DNA of 64,000 nt, from contig CATLBQ010000002.1 of the NCBI GenBank assembly GCA_949879765.1, forward strand, positions 79,652-143,651. The letters are read 5' to 3'. The notes below the pieces were generated by a model. That model did no database searches and was not told where the DNA came from. It saw only the letters and a list, made by a program, of their open reading frames with translations. Shown here one piece after another: positions 18,870 through 28,988 of this stretch; the stretch's first letter is position 1; every line of letters begins with the position of its first letter. Origin of the DNA: an uncultured Bacilli bacterium (GTDB lineage Bacteria > Bacillota_I > Bacilli_A > ML615J-28 > CAG-313). The position numbers and the translations under genes were made by a program.

Positions 18870-19409
18870 TTATTTGATTTTTCTTCCACAAGAAGGACAA
18901 AAGCGATCGGTTTTTTCAAGCGATTCTCCACATCCTGGGCAAAATAGTACCAAATAAGCATCGTCTGTAGGTTCTTCATATATAGTGGAATTAACTATTT
19001 TTTCTTGTTTACTTCCTTGAAATGTTCGAACGATTTGGATAATTAAAATAATGATGACAAGGAAAAACGGAATAAAAAATAGAATCAAAGACAAGGAAAG
19101 TTGATTGCTTTTGAATAAGGTAGTCACCATAAAGAGCAAAATGCTCGTCCAAACGATGGTGAAGAAAATCAAAAAGATACCTGAAATGATGTTTCCTGAT
19201 TTGGATGGGCCATGTCCATGATAAGTGGTACTCGAGAAGTCAGTAGAACTATCTGAACGCCGAATATATTGTGCATCACTCCATTTTTTTGTAGAGGAAG
19301 AAGATGAGTTTTTTTGGTTGGTTTGTTTAAGACTTGCAACGATAATCACAATGATAACGGCTATGAAAAAAATTGAAATGATAACTGGAAAAAATGCAAA
19401 TGATTCCAT
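18870..19409 (-). CDS. Hypothetical membrane protein with a Ser-rich linker and a C-terminal double-CxxC zinc ribbon.
   Basis: Two or three TM helices. CPGCG...CPSCGRKIK at the C-terminus. RBS AAAGGAG before the ATG at 19409. The ORF track extends to a GTG at 19445. Confidence 0.5.
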   Translation of the reverse strand: MESFAFFPVIISIFFIAVIIVIIVASLKQTNQKNSSSSSTKKWSDAQYIRRSDSSTDFSSTTYHGHGPSKSGNIISGIFLIFFTIVWTSILLFMVTTLFKSNQLSLSLILFFIPFFLVIIILIIQIVRTFQGSKQEKIVNSTIYEEPTDDAYLVLFCPGCGESLEKTDRFCPSCGRKIK

Positions 19410-19577
19410 AAAATAGTACACTCCTTTTGATATATAGTATAGCACAAATTGAAAAAAATGTTTCTTTTTTTGCTTGATATATAGGAAAAAATCGAATAAT
19501 AAAAACGAAAAATATATCGAAAAATGACAAAAGAAAAACGAGAAAATACCATTTTAAAAAAATAATTTTACTAACAA

Positions 19578-19606
19578 TTGCATATATTTTCTAGATGTGG
19601 TATAAT
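19578..19606 (+). promoter_or_regulatory. Promoter of the glycogen operon.
   Basis: TTGCAT, 17-nt spacer ending in TG, TATAAT, about 25 nt before the glgB RBS. Confidence 0.6.
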
Positions 19607-19631
19607 AAGGAAAAAGAAGGAGATATTGGAA

Positions 19632-21479
19632 ATGGAAGAAAAAGGGATATATTATTTTCATCAGGGTACCAATTATCGCGCTTATGAACTGATGGGAGCT
19701 CATTATACCAAAGAGTGTACTACTTTTCGAGTCTTTGCCCCTCATGCAAAAATCGTTTCTGTTGTGGGAGAGTTTAATGCATGGGATACCACAAGACATG
19801 TTATGCAAAAAATATCGGATGGAGGCATCTATGAAATCACTATTGCTGGTGTTCCACTATATGCTTGTTACCAATATGCTATTGTCACTTTTGACAATAG
19901 AACCCTATTCAAAAGCGATCCTTATGGGTTTCATGCCGAATGTAGACCAGAAAAAGCATCCAAAGTATACGATTTAAGTGGATATACATTTCAAGATAGT
20001 TCGTGGATGGCAAAACGTCAACATCATCAAGCTCTTGATCAACCTTTAAATATTTATGAGGTACATTTGGGCTCTTGGAAACGATATTCAGATGGGAATG
20101 TGTTTGATTATGTTAAATTGGCAGAAGAAATTTCTGAATATGCGGTAGCTATGGGGTATACCCATATCGAAGTGATGCCTTTATCAGAATATCCTTATGA
20201 CCCTTCTTGGGGATATCAAGTAACAGGATATTATGCAGTAACATCTAGATATGGCACGCCACATGATTTTATGCGTTTTGTGGATATTTGCCATCAAAAA
20301 AATATAGGCGTTATTATGGACTGGGTGCCAGGACATTTTACTAAAGATGCACATGGTTTAATAGAATTTGATGGGACTGAAACTTATGAACCTACTGATC
20401 CTACCAAAAAGGAACATGAAGGCTGGGGAACTAGATGTTTTGATTATGGAAAAAACGAAGTACAATCCTTTTTGGTTTCCAATGTGATGTTTTGGTTAGA
20501 TCAATTTCACATTGATGGCATCCGGGTAGATGCGGTGGCATCAATGCTATATTTAGATTATGGGCGAAAAGAAGGGCAGTGGCATAAAAATAGTCAAGGG
20601 ACGAATATAAATTTAGAGGCTGTAAGTTTTATTCAAAAAGTCAATCATATGGTGCATACGTATTATCCGGGGGTTTTAATGATTGCAGAAGAATCTACGG
20701 CTTTTCCAAAAATCACTGTGCCTACTCAATATGGAGGGTTGGAATTTGATTACAAGTGGAATATGGGGTGGATGAATGATACATTGGCGTATATGAAAAA
20801 TGATCCTATGTATCGCAGTTATCATCACGATTACTTGACCTTTCAGATGACGTATATTTATAGTGAACATTATATTCTTCCTTTATCTCACGATGAAGTG
20901 GTGCATATGAAGGGCTCGCTCATCAATAAAATGCCAGGTGATTATGCGGCTAAATTTGCAGCACTGAAGACCTATTTCATGTATATGATGACCCATCCAG
21001 GGAAAAAGTTGCTATTTATGGGTGGTGAAATTGGCCAATTTAGAGAGTGGAGTGAGTCTCGGGAATTAGATTGGTCTGTATTGAATTATGAAAGTCACAA
21101 AGGTCTTCAACAATTTGTACGTGATATCAATCATTTGTATAAAAGTGAAAAGGCGTTATATCAAAACGAAACCAACTGGAATGGATTTTCATGGAATAGC
21201 GTAAATGATAAAGATCATAATATGCTTTCTTATCGTAGGATATCCAACGAGAACGAGACACTAGATATCATACTGAATTTTGCGAATTGTGAGTGGAAAG
21301 ATTATAGCGTATCTATTGAAGATGGAAAATATGAGGTTGTTATAGCAACATCAGATCAAATATATGGGGGATGGACAAACTTGAAAAGACGTGAATTTGT
21401 TGTAGAAAATCATCAACTTAGAATCAATGTACCAGCTAGTACAGGAATAATATTAAGGAAGGTAAAAAATTATGTATAG
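19632..21479 (+). CDS. glgB: 1,4-alpha-glucan branching enzyme.
   Basis: GH13 catalytic motifs ([30 protein letters not shown]). RBS AAGGAGA before the ATG at 19632. The ORF track's upstream extension is unlikely because it overlaps the promoter. Confidence 0.9.
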   Translation: MEEKGIYYFHQGTNYRAYELMGAHYTKECTTFRVFAPHAKIVSVVGEFNAWDTTRHVMQKISDGGIYEITIAGVPLYACYQYAIVTFDNRTLFKSDPYGFHAECRPEKASKVYDLSGYTFQDSSWMAKRQHHQALDQPLNIYEVHLGSWKRYSDGNVFDYVKLAEEISEYAVAMGYTHIEVMPLSEYPYDPSWGYQVTGYYAVTSRYGTPHDFMRFVDICHQKNIGVIMDWVPGHFTKDAHGLIEFDGTETYEPTDPTKKEHEGWGTRCFDYGKNEVQSFLVSNVMFWLDQFHIDGIRVDAVASMLYLDYGRKEGQWHKNSQGTNINLEAVSFIQKVNHMVHTYYPGVLMIAEESTAFPKITVPTQYGGLEFDYKWNMGWMNDTLAYMKNDPMYRSYHHDYLTFQMTYIYSEHYILPLSHDEVVHMKGSLINKMPGDYAAKFAALKTYFMYMMTHPGKKLLFMGGEIGQFREWSESRELDWSVLNYESHKGLQQFVRDINHLYKSEKALYQNETNWNGFSWNSVNDKDHNMLSYRRISNENETLDIILNFANCEWKDYSVSIEDGKYEVVIATSDQIYGGWTNLKRREFVVENHQLRINVPASTGIILRKVKNYV

Positions 21480-22677
21480 TCAAAAAAAGTGTGTAGCTAT
21501 GTTGCTTGCGGGAGGCCAAGGAAGCCGTTTGTATGCATTAACTTCAAAGGTGGCTAAACCAGCAGTTTCATTTGGTGCAAAATATCGAATCATTGATTTC
21601 ACTTTATCCAATTGTGTCAATTCCAATATTGATACAGTGGGGGTACTGACACAGTATCAACCACTATTATTAAATGAATATATTGGGAATGGTCAACCAT
21701 GGGATTTAGATAGAACTTTTGGTGGGGTTCATATTCTTCCCCCTTATCAAGCCAAAACAGGTAGTGAGTGGTATAAAGGTACAGCCAATGCCATTTATCA
21801 AAACATTAGTTTTATTGAAAACTATGATCCCGATCATGTATTGATTTTATCGGGTGATCACATTTACAAGATGGATTACAATAAAATGTTACATGATCAT
21901 ATTCAAAATAATGCCGATTGTACGATTGCGGTATTAGAAGTACCCATGGAAGAAGCGAGCCGTTTTGGTATTATGAATACAAATGAAGAGAATTTGATTA
22001 CTGAATTTGAAGAAAAACCAAAGCATCCGAAGAGTAATAAGGCTTCGATGGGAATTTATATTTTCAAAAAAGAAAAATTATTTCAATATTTAAGAGAAGA
22101 TGCACTAGATCCTACAAGTCAAAATGACTTTGGTAAAAACATTATTCCAACCATGCTTGCTAAAAAAGAAAAAATGGTGGCTTATCCATTTAAAGGATAT
22201 TGGAAAGATGTGGGTACTATCAAAAGTTTATGGGAAGCCAATCAAGATTTAATTGGTGAAAATCCTGCTTTTGATATTTATAATCCATTTTGGAAAATTC
22301 ATTCTAGAAATATGGGAATCGAACCTCAATATATTGCCAAAGGCGCCGTATTAGAAAACTCTTTGGTTACCGATGGTGCAAAAATTGAAGGAACGGTTAT
22401 CAATAGTATTATTGGTTCTAATGTACGAATAGCTAAAGGAGCCATCGTCAAAGATAGTGTTATTTTTGCGGACACGGTGATTGGTGAGAATGCATCAGTT
22501 AACTATAGCATTATTGATGAAAAAGTAGTGATTGGCAAACAAGCAGTAATTGGTATGCCTAAAGCCGATGATGTAGAAATTGCGGTTATCGGAAGAGATG
22601 TAGTAGTAGAAGATGAAGCCGTGGTGTTAGCAGGTGCTAATGTCGAAGAAAATGTATATAAGGTAAGAGGTGAGTAA
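21472..22677 (+). CDS. glgC: Glucose-1-phosphate adenylyltransferase.
   Basis: [19 protein letters not shown]. Left-handed beta-helix C-terminus. Overlaps the glgB stop. Confidence 0.9.
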   Translation: MYSQKKCVAMLLAGGQGSRLYALTSKVAKPAVSFGAKYRIIDFTLSNCVNSNIDTVGVLTQYQPLLLNEYIGNGQPWDLDRTFGGVHILPPYQAKTGSEWYKGTANAIYQNISFIENYDPDHVLILSGDHIYKMDYNKMLHDHIQNNADCTIAVLEVPMEEASRFGIMNTNEENLITEFEEKPKHPKSNKASMGIYIFKKEKLFQYLREDALDPTSQNDFGKNIIPTMLAKKEKMVAYPFKGYWKDVGTIKSLWEANQDLIGENPAFDIYNPFWKIHSRNMGIEPQYIAKGAVLENSLVTDGAKIEGTVINSIIGSNVRIAKGAIVKDSVIFADTVIGENASVNYSIIDEKVVIGKQAVIGMPKADDVEIAVIGRDVVVEDEAVVLAGANVEENVYKVRGE

Positions 22678-22679
22678 TA

Positions 22680-23795
22680 ATGAAAGCATTAGGGATTATT
22701 TTTTCCAATATTCACAATGAAACTATTGATGAATTGACTAGAAAAAGAACTTCTGCGTCCATTCCATTTGGTGGTAGATATCGATTGATCGATTTTGCTC
22801 TTTCCAATTTGGTCAATGCTGATGTTGTCAATGTAGGTATTCTCGCCCAAAAAAATTATCAGTCTTTAATGGATCATTTAGGTTCTGGAAAAGATTGGGA
22901 TTTATCTAGAAAAAATGGTGGCCTTGTGGTTTTTCCACCTTTTGGCAGTTATAAAAGCGATATCCTTTATTCTAGTCGTTTAGAAGCACTGGTGAGTATT
23001 AGGGGGTATATTGAAAAGGCCAAAGAAGAAATGGTTGTTTTGATGGATTGTGATAGTGCAAATGTGATTGATTTATCTGATGTATTTGAATTTCATCAAT
23101 TTCATCAAGCCGATATGACACTTTTATATCGTCATGGCAAATGTGATTCTGATTTGGTTTCTAATATGGACTTTACAATGAACGAAGAAGGACGAATCAT
23201 CAAGGCGGATTTAAAGTCAAAACGGGGAAAAATCACCAATACTTTTATGAATGTGTGTGTAATTAACCGTCGATTATTGCAAGGATTATTAGAAGATGCC
23301 ATTTCACAAGGATTAGAATCTTTCCACCGAGATATTATTTTTGGTAATATCAAGAGTTTGAAGATTTATGGTTATGCTCATCAAGGAATTTATCTTCATG
23401 TAAATACGATGGAGAATTATTTCAAATGCAGTATGGCTTTGTTAGACAAAGAAACTAGAGAATCATTGTTTGGTGTAAAAAATCATCGTGTATACACAAA
23501 GGTTAGAGATTCTTCACCTACAAGATATGGATTTCAAGCTACCATTGAAAATAGCTTTATTGCGGATGGATGCGAGATTGAAGGCACAGTCATCAATAGT
23601 ATTTTGTTTCGAGGCGTAAAAGTAGGAAAAGGCACTATTGTTAAAAATTCCATTTTAATGCAAGATACAATTACTGGAAATAATGTGGCCTTAAATTATG
23701 TTGTTACGGATAAAAATGTAACCATTCGAGATCGGAACCATTTATCAGGCTGTGAAAAAATACCTTATTATTTAGGAAAAAACACAATGGTATAA
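22680..23795 (+). CDS. glgD: Glycogen biosynthesis protein GlgD (the non-catalytic ADP-glucose pyrophosphorylase subunit).
   Basis: GlgC paralogue lacking the GGxGxRL motif (GIIFSNIHNET). Bacillus-type position between glgC and glgA. Confidence 0.8.
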   Translation: MKALGIIFSNIHNETIDELTRKRTSASIPFGGRYRLIDFALSNLVNADVVNVGILAQKNYQSLMDHLGSGKDWDLSRKNGGLVVFPPFGSYKSDILYSSRLEALVSIRGYIEKAKEEMVVLMDCDSANVIDLSDVFEFHQFHQADMTLLYRHGKCDSDLVSNMDFTMNEEGRIIKADLKSKRGKITNTFMNVCVINRRLLQGLLEDAISQGLESFHRDIIFGNIKSLKIYGYAHQGIYLHVNTMENYFKCSMALLDKETRESLFGVKNHRVYTKVRDSSPTRYGFQATIENSFIADGCEIEGTVINSILFRGVKVGKGTIVKNSILMQDTITGNNVALNYVVTDKNVTIRDRNHLSGCEKIPYYLGKNTMV

Positions 23796-23873
23796 CAAGG
23801 TGATTATAAAAAATATGAAAAATATTCATAAAATAGATGAAATGCTCAAATAATAATAGGAGGAAAATCAATC

Positions 23874-25331
23874 ATGGGTGAAACAATGAAAACAATCTTT
23901 TTTGTCGCATCTGAAGCACAACCATTTTTTGCATCAGGTGGATTAGGTGATGTAATTGGCTCATTGCCAAAAAAAATTGCTAAAAATGCCAAAGATAAAT
24001 TTAAGGTAAGTGTAATTTTACCATTATATGCCAAATTGCATCAAGCCTATAAGAATAAGTTGGTGTATGTGGGACAAACTATTACTCAACTGGCTTGGCG
24101 AAATCAATATTGTGGTATTTATAAGTATGAAGAAAAAGAAATAATGTATTATTTTGTAGACAATGAATATTATTTTAAACGAGATAATTTTTATGGCTAC
24201 TTTGATGATGCAGAAAGATTTGCTTTCTTTAGTAAAGCAGCTATTGATGTGATGCTATTCCTAGACCAAATTCCAGACATTATTCACACCCATGATTGGC
24301 AAACAGGAATGGTTTCTGTATACTTAAGAACACTATTTTATCATGATAGTCGATTCGCAAATACAAAGACAATATTTACTATTCATAATATTGAGTATCA
24401 AGGTATTTATGCATTAGACCAAGATATTATTGAAGACGTATTTGGACTTTCGATGCAAGATGCGTATTTATTAGAATACAATGGTAGAACCAATATTATG
24501 AAAGGGGCAATGGAGTCATCTCATTTTGTGACTACAGTCAGTCCAAGTTATGCTAAGGAAATCCTTGATCCACTTTTTGCGCATGGATTAGAATATGAAA
24601 CTAGACGTGTCTATGAAGAAGGAAAACTAATGGGTATTTTAAATGGTATCGATAAAGTATTCTATAATCCAGCACGCGATAAGGCTCTTTTTGAAAATTA
24701 TGATCGAAAAGATTTTACCTTGAAAATCAAGAATAAAGAAGAATTGCAAGCGATGTTGGATTTACCTGTTGATGCTACTGTACCTATGATTGGTATGGTA
24801 TCTCGATTGGTTTCACACAAAGGATTGGATTTGGTCAAAGAAGTATTCGAAGAGGTGTTACAAGAAAGAGTCCAAGTAGTTGTATTAGGTACAGGAGATC
24901 CTTATTACGAAGGGTATTTTAAAGATTTAGAATATCGTTATCACCACAAATTGAGAGCCATTATTGCATTTAATCAGGACTTATCACGAAAGATTTATGC
25001 GTCTTCAGATATTTTCTTAATGCCTTCTCAATCTGAACCTTGTGGATTATCACAAATGATTGCTTCTCGGTATGGATCCATTCCGATTGTTAGACAAACT
25101 GGTGGATTAAAAGATAGTATTCATGACTTTTCTGAAGCAAGTGGAAACGGATATACTTTCCAAAACATTAGTGCAAGCGAAATGTTAGCAACAATCCAAA
25201 GAGCAATAGCGGATTATCAAGATTCAAAATTGTGGAATAAACAAGTAGAAATTGTAATGAATAAAGATTTTGGATGGAGTACTTCAGCAAAACAATATGT
25301 GAAGATGTATGAGAAAATTTTAGAAAAATAG
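23874..25331 (+). CDS. glgA: Glycogen synthase (ADP-glucose type). An alternative start lies at 23886.
   Basis: IFFVASEAQPFFASGGLGDV and the GT5 family E-x7-E region. RBS AGGAGG. Confidence 0.9.
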   Translation: MGETMKTIFFVASEAQPFFASGGLGDVIGSLPKKIAKNAKDKFKVSVILPLYAKLHQAYKNKLVYVGQTITQLAWRNQYCGIYKYEEKEIMYYFVDNEYYFKRDNFYGYFDDAERFAFFSKAAIDVMLFLDQIPDIIHTHDWQTGMVSVYLRTLFYHDSRFANTKTIFTIHNIEYQGIYALDQDIIEDVFGLSMQDAYLLEYNGRTNIMKGAMESSHFVTTVSPSYAKEILDPLFAHGLEYETRRVYEEGKLMGILNGIDKVFYNPARDKALFENYDRKDFTLKIKNKEELQAMLDLPVDATVPMIGMVSRLVSHKGLDLVKEVFEEVLQERVQVVVLGTGDPYYEGYFKDLEYRYHHKLRAIIAFNQDLSRKIYASSDIFLMPSQSEPCGLSQMIASRYGSIPIVRQTGGLKDSIHDFSEASGNGYTFQNISASEMLATIQRAIADYQDSKLWNKQVEIVMNKDFGWSTSAKQYVKMYEKILEK

Positions 25332-25342
25332 GTGATTCAATT

Positions 25343-27769
25343 ATGACTCAAACACTTGATGACATCAAGGGAACAAAGCACATTCTAGAAGAAAAATTAG
25401 CAAGTTATTTTGGCGTAACCCCGCAAGATGCAAATATTGATCAAATGTATAAAGCGGTAAGTATGTCTGTTCTTGATATTCTTCTTGAAAAGAAAAAGCA
25501 ATTCAATCGAAAGGTGAAAGTCCAAAAAGCCAAACGTATTTATTACTTATGTATGGAATTTTTGGTGGGAAGAAGCCTTAAGACCAATCTATATAATTTA
25601 GGGATAGTGGAAACCTATCGCAAAGTATTAGAAGAATATGGATTTGATTTAGATGAATTATATGGACAAGAAAATGATGCAGGATTAGGTAATGGTGGTT
25701 TGGGTAGACTTGCGGCATGTTTTATGGATTCACTAGCCTCATTAGATTATCCAGCAACAGGTTTTTCAATCCGTTATGAGTATGGCCTTTTTAAACAAAA
25801 AATTGTCAATGGATGGCAAACCGAAATGCCAGATGTTTGGTTACCAGGTGGTGAAGTTTGGTTAGTGCCTAGAAGTGATCGTATTTTAAAGGTTAGATTT
25901 GGTGGTTGGGTAACCGAATATGCAGATCAAGGTAGGATGAAGGTAGAATACCATGATTCTAAATTAATCGAAGCTGTTCCATATGATATGCTTATATCGG
26001 GTGGAAAAAGTGAAGCAGTTTCTACGTTAAGACTTTGGCGAGCTAGAAATGCAACTGAATTTGATATGAAATCTTTTTCACAAGGCGATTATCAAAAGGC
26101 GTTGTTTGAAAATCAAGAAGCTGAACTGATTTCTAAGGTACTTTATCCATCTGATGATCATCGCGAAGGAAAGACCCTTCGTTTAAAACAACAATATTTT
26201 TTGGTCAGCGCCTCCATTCAAAATATCATTTATGATCATGTGAAACGTTATGGGGATTTGCATACATTGCCAGATTATGCGGCTATCCATATCAATGATA
26301 CGCATCCAGCAATTTGTATTCCAGAGTTGATGCGTATTTTAATGGATGATTATGGACTTGGTTGGGATGAATCTTGGGACATTGTTACCAAAACAGTGGC
26401 ATATACCAATCATACAGTTTTAGTGGAAGCACTAGAATCGTGGTCTGAAGATTTGGTTGCTAGAACTGTACCACGTATTTATGCTATTTTGAAAGAAATC
26501 AATAAACGATATACAGCAGATTTATGGTCTTTGTATCCTGGAGATTGGGATAAAATTAACCGAATGGCCATTATTTCTTCAAATCATATCAAAATGGCCA
26601 ATTTAAGTGTTGTAGCTAGCCATTCTGTCAATGGAGTATCAGCACTGCATAGTGATATCATTAAAAGAAGTATTTTTAGTGAGTATTATCAACTGACACC
26701 AGATAAGTTTAGCAATGTGACCAATGGAATTGCACACAGAAGATGGCTTCATCAATCCAATCCAAGACTATCTAATTTACTAATAGAAACCATTGGTGAA
26801 GGTTGGTATAAGGATGCAAAAGAATTATCTAAATTTATGAATTATCATGATGATGATAAAGTAATTGAAGAATTAGGACGCATTAAGCTCTTAAATAAGT
26901 GTGATTTTGCCAATATCATTTATAAAAAACAAGGCATTATTTTAGATCCAAAAACACGATTTGATGTACAGGTCAAACGACTTCATGAATACAAGCGGCA
27001 ATTACTAAATGTATTAAAAATCATTCATTTGTATAATCTATTAAGAGAAAATCCAGATGCAATGATTACACCACAAACCTTTATTTTTGGAGCCAAAGCA
27101 GCGCCAGGATACTATTTGGCCAAAGAAATTATTGAATTGATCAATTATATTTCCAAAGATATTGATATGCATCCAAGAATCAAAGAAAAATTAAATGTTG
27201 TATTTATTGAAGATTATTGTGTTACACTTGCGGAAAGTTTAATGCCAGCTTCTGAAATCAGTGAACAAATCTCTTTAGCAGGATATGAGGCAAGTGGTAC
27301 TGGTAATATGAAATTTATGATCAATGGTGCGATTACCTTTGGAACTATGGATGGTGCAAATGTGGAAATTTGTGATGCTGTTGGCGATGATAATATTTTC
27401 ATTTTTGGTATGACAGCAAAAGAAGTAGATGAATTATGGAAACAAGGATATAATTCTACCTATTTTTATAACAATAGTAAAGATTTACGCGCCATTATTG
27501 CAACGCTTAAAAAAGGTTTTGCTGGAAAAAGTTTTGAAAATATTGCAAACTATTTGCTTACTTCTAATGGGGTCGCGGATCGATACATGTGTCTTGCTGA
27601 TTTTGATAATTATCTAGAAGTATATCATCAATTGGATGAAGCATACGCAGAACCTAAAAAATTTCATCAGATGTCACTAGTGAATATTGCTCAAGCGGGT
27701 AGATTTGCTGCTGATAGAAGTATCAAAGAATATAGTGAAAAAATTTGGCATATTCGGCCAGTAAAATAA
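25343..27769 (+). CDS. glgP: Glycogen/alpha-glucan phosphorylase.
   Basis: 808 aa. PLP-site EASGTGNMKF. GT35 signatures. Confidence 0.9.
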   Translation: MTQTLDDIKGTKHILEEKLASYFGVTPQDANIDQMYKAVSMSVLDILLEKKKQFNRKVKVQKAKRIYYLCMEFLVGRSLKTNLYNLGIVETYRKVLEEYGFDLDELYGQENDAGLGNGGLGRLAACFMDSLASLDYPATGFSIRYEYGLFKQKIVNGWQTEMPDVWLPGGEVWLVPRSDRILKVRFGGWVTEYADQGRMKVEYHDSKLIEAVPYDMLISGGKSEAVSTLRLWRARNATEFDMKSFSQGDYQKALFENQEAELISKVLYPSDDHREGKTLRLKQQYFLVSASIQNIIYDHVKRYGDLHTLPDYAAIHINDTHPAICIPELMRILMDDYGLGWDESWDIVTKTVAYTNHTVLVEALESWSEDLVARTVPRIYAILKEINKRYTADLWSLYPGDWDKINRMAIISSNHIKMANLSVVASHSVNGVSALHSDIIKRSIFSEYYQLTPDKFSNVTNGIAHRRWLHQSNPRLSNLLIETIGEGWYKDAKELSKFMNYHDDDKVIEELGRIKLLNKCDFANIIYKKQGIILDPKTRFDVQVKRLHEYKRQLLNVLKIIHLYNLLRENPDAMITPQTFIFGAKAAPGYYLAKEIIELINYISKDIDMHPRIKEKLNVVFIEDYCVTLAESLMPASEISEQISLAGYEASGTGNMKFMINGAITFGTMDGANVEICDAVGDDNIFIFGMTAKEVDELWKQGYNSTYFYNNSKDLRAIIATLKKGFAGKSFENIANYLLTSNGVADRYMCLADFDNYLEVYHQLDEAYAEPKKFHQMSLVNIAQAGRFAADRSIKEYSEKIWHIRPVK

Positions 27770-27863
27770 AAGCAAAAACTAAAAAAAAACGCAAGAAATG
27801 TAGTATAATGTCAAATAGTAAAAATAACAATTCATTTTTAGTCATCATGTTGGAGGAAAATTT

Positions 27864-28844
27864 ATGGAAAATGAACAAAAAAAATCAATTCATAAAATTG
27901 CTGTGCTTACATCAGGTGGCGATGCCCCAGGTATGAATGCAACCATTCGTTCTATTGTACGCTCGGGTATCCAAAACGGATTGGAAGTATATGGCGTTGA
28001 AGAAGGTTATTTAGGACTCGTTGAGGGAAAAATCTTTAAAATGGAGCGTAATTCCGTAACTAATATCATCAATCGTGGAGGAACGATTTTGGGTTCAGCG
28101 AGACTTCCTAACTTTAAAGAAGATGAAGTTGCTCAAAAGGCTGTAGATGAACTGAAAAAAAGAGGAATCGAGGCAGTAATTACCATTGGTGGAGATGGCA
28201 CTTATCGTGGTGCTTTAAAACTGACAGGCATGGGCATCAATTGTATCGGTTTACCTGGAACGATTGATAATGATATTGCTTCGAGTGAATTTACTATTGG
28301 TTTTGATACAGCAGTTAATACTGCAGTTGATGCGATTGATAAATTACGTGATACCTCAAATTCTCATCAACGTTGTTCAATTGTTGAAGTGATGGGACGT
28401 TATTGTGGTGATATTGCTTATGCAGCAGCTGTTGCAACAGGAGCCGATTTGGTAATTACTTCTGAAACAGGATTTAGTCTTGAAGAAGTCATTGATACAG
28501 TAAAACGCTGTCAAAACAATAAAAGTCGTCATGTTTTGATTGTGATTACAGAGCATATTACTGATGTAAGAGAACTTGCCAAACAAATCAGAGAGTATAC
28601 AGGATTTGATTCTCGTGCAACAATATTAGGGCATATTCAAAGAGGAGGACAACCTTCACCATTTGATCGGGTTTTGGCCACTCGTTTAGGGATTGCAGCA
28701 GTAGAAGAACTTCTTAAAGGAGAAGGAGGAAAATGTATTGGTATTTTCCATAATCAAATTGTAGCTACACCAATCGAAGAGGCATTACAAATGAAAAAGA
28801 GTGTTTTCCATGGCTATAAAGAAATTACTACAAAAGTTTCTTAA
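27864..28844 (+). CDS. pfkA: ATP-dependent 6-phosphofructokinase.
   Basis: IAVLTSGGDAPGMNA, GGDGT, PGTIDND, MGR motifs. Confidence 0.9.
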   Translation: MENEQKKSIHKIAVLTSGGDAPGMNATIRSIVRSGIQNGLEVYGVEEGYLGLVEGKIFKMERNSVTNIINRGGTILGSARLPNFKEDEVAQKAVDELKKRGIEAVITIGGDGTYRGALKLTGMGINCIGLPGTIDNDIASSEFTIGFDTAVNTAVDAIDKLRDTSNSHQRCSIVEVMGRYCGDIAYAAAVATGADLVITSETGFSLEEVIDTVKRCQNNKSRHVLIVITEHITDVRELAKQIREYTGFDSRATILGHIQRGGQPSPFDRVLATRLGIAAVEELLKGEGGKCIGIFHNQIVATPIEEALQMKKSVFHGYKEITTKVS

Positions 28845-28854
28845 AAGAATAAAT

Positions 28855-28895
28855 AAAATCCGCAAGTCTATGTACTTGCGGATTTTATTTTGAGG
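28855..28895 (+). terminator. Rho-independent terminator after pfkA.
   Basis: AAAATCCGCAAGT-CTATGT-ACTTGCGGATTTT, a 13-bp stem, followed by a T-run. Confidence 0.85.
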
Positions 28896-28988
28896 AGAGA
28901 AGTTAAAAATAATCATGCTTACTCCATCAATTCGTCAAAATATGTAGTTGAAAAACAGTATAATATATTCTAAAAAGGGGGATGTATT

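Noticed and set aside
19578-19631. Upstream in-frame extensions of glgB (19578), the hydrogenase gene (6370), the antiporter (32971), rplJ (43594), ybxB-like (44513), the APH kinase (2276), rlmD (58204), mutY (60328) and cysK (61525).
   Set aside because: In each case an internal ATG, GTG or TTG has a much better SD and spacing. The extension overlaps the upstream gene or a promoter, and the shorter form matches the known family N-termini.
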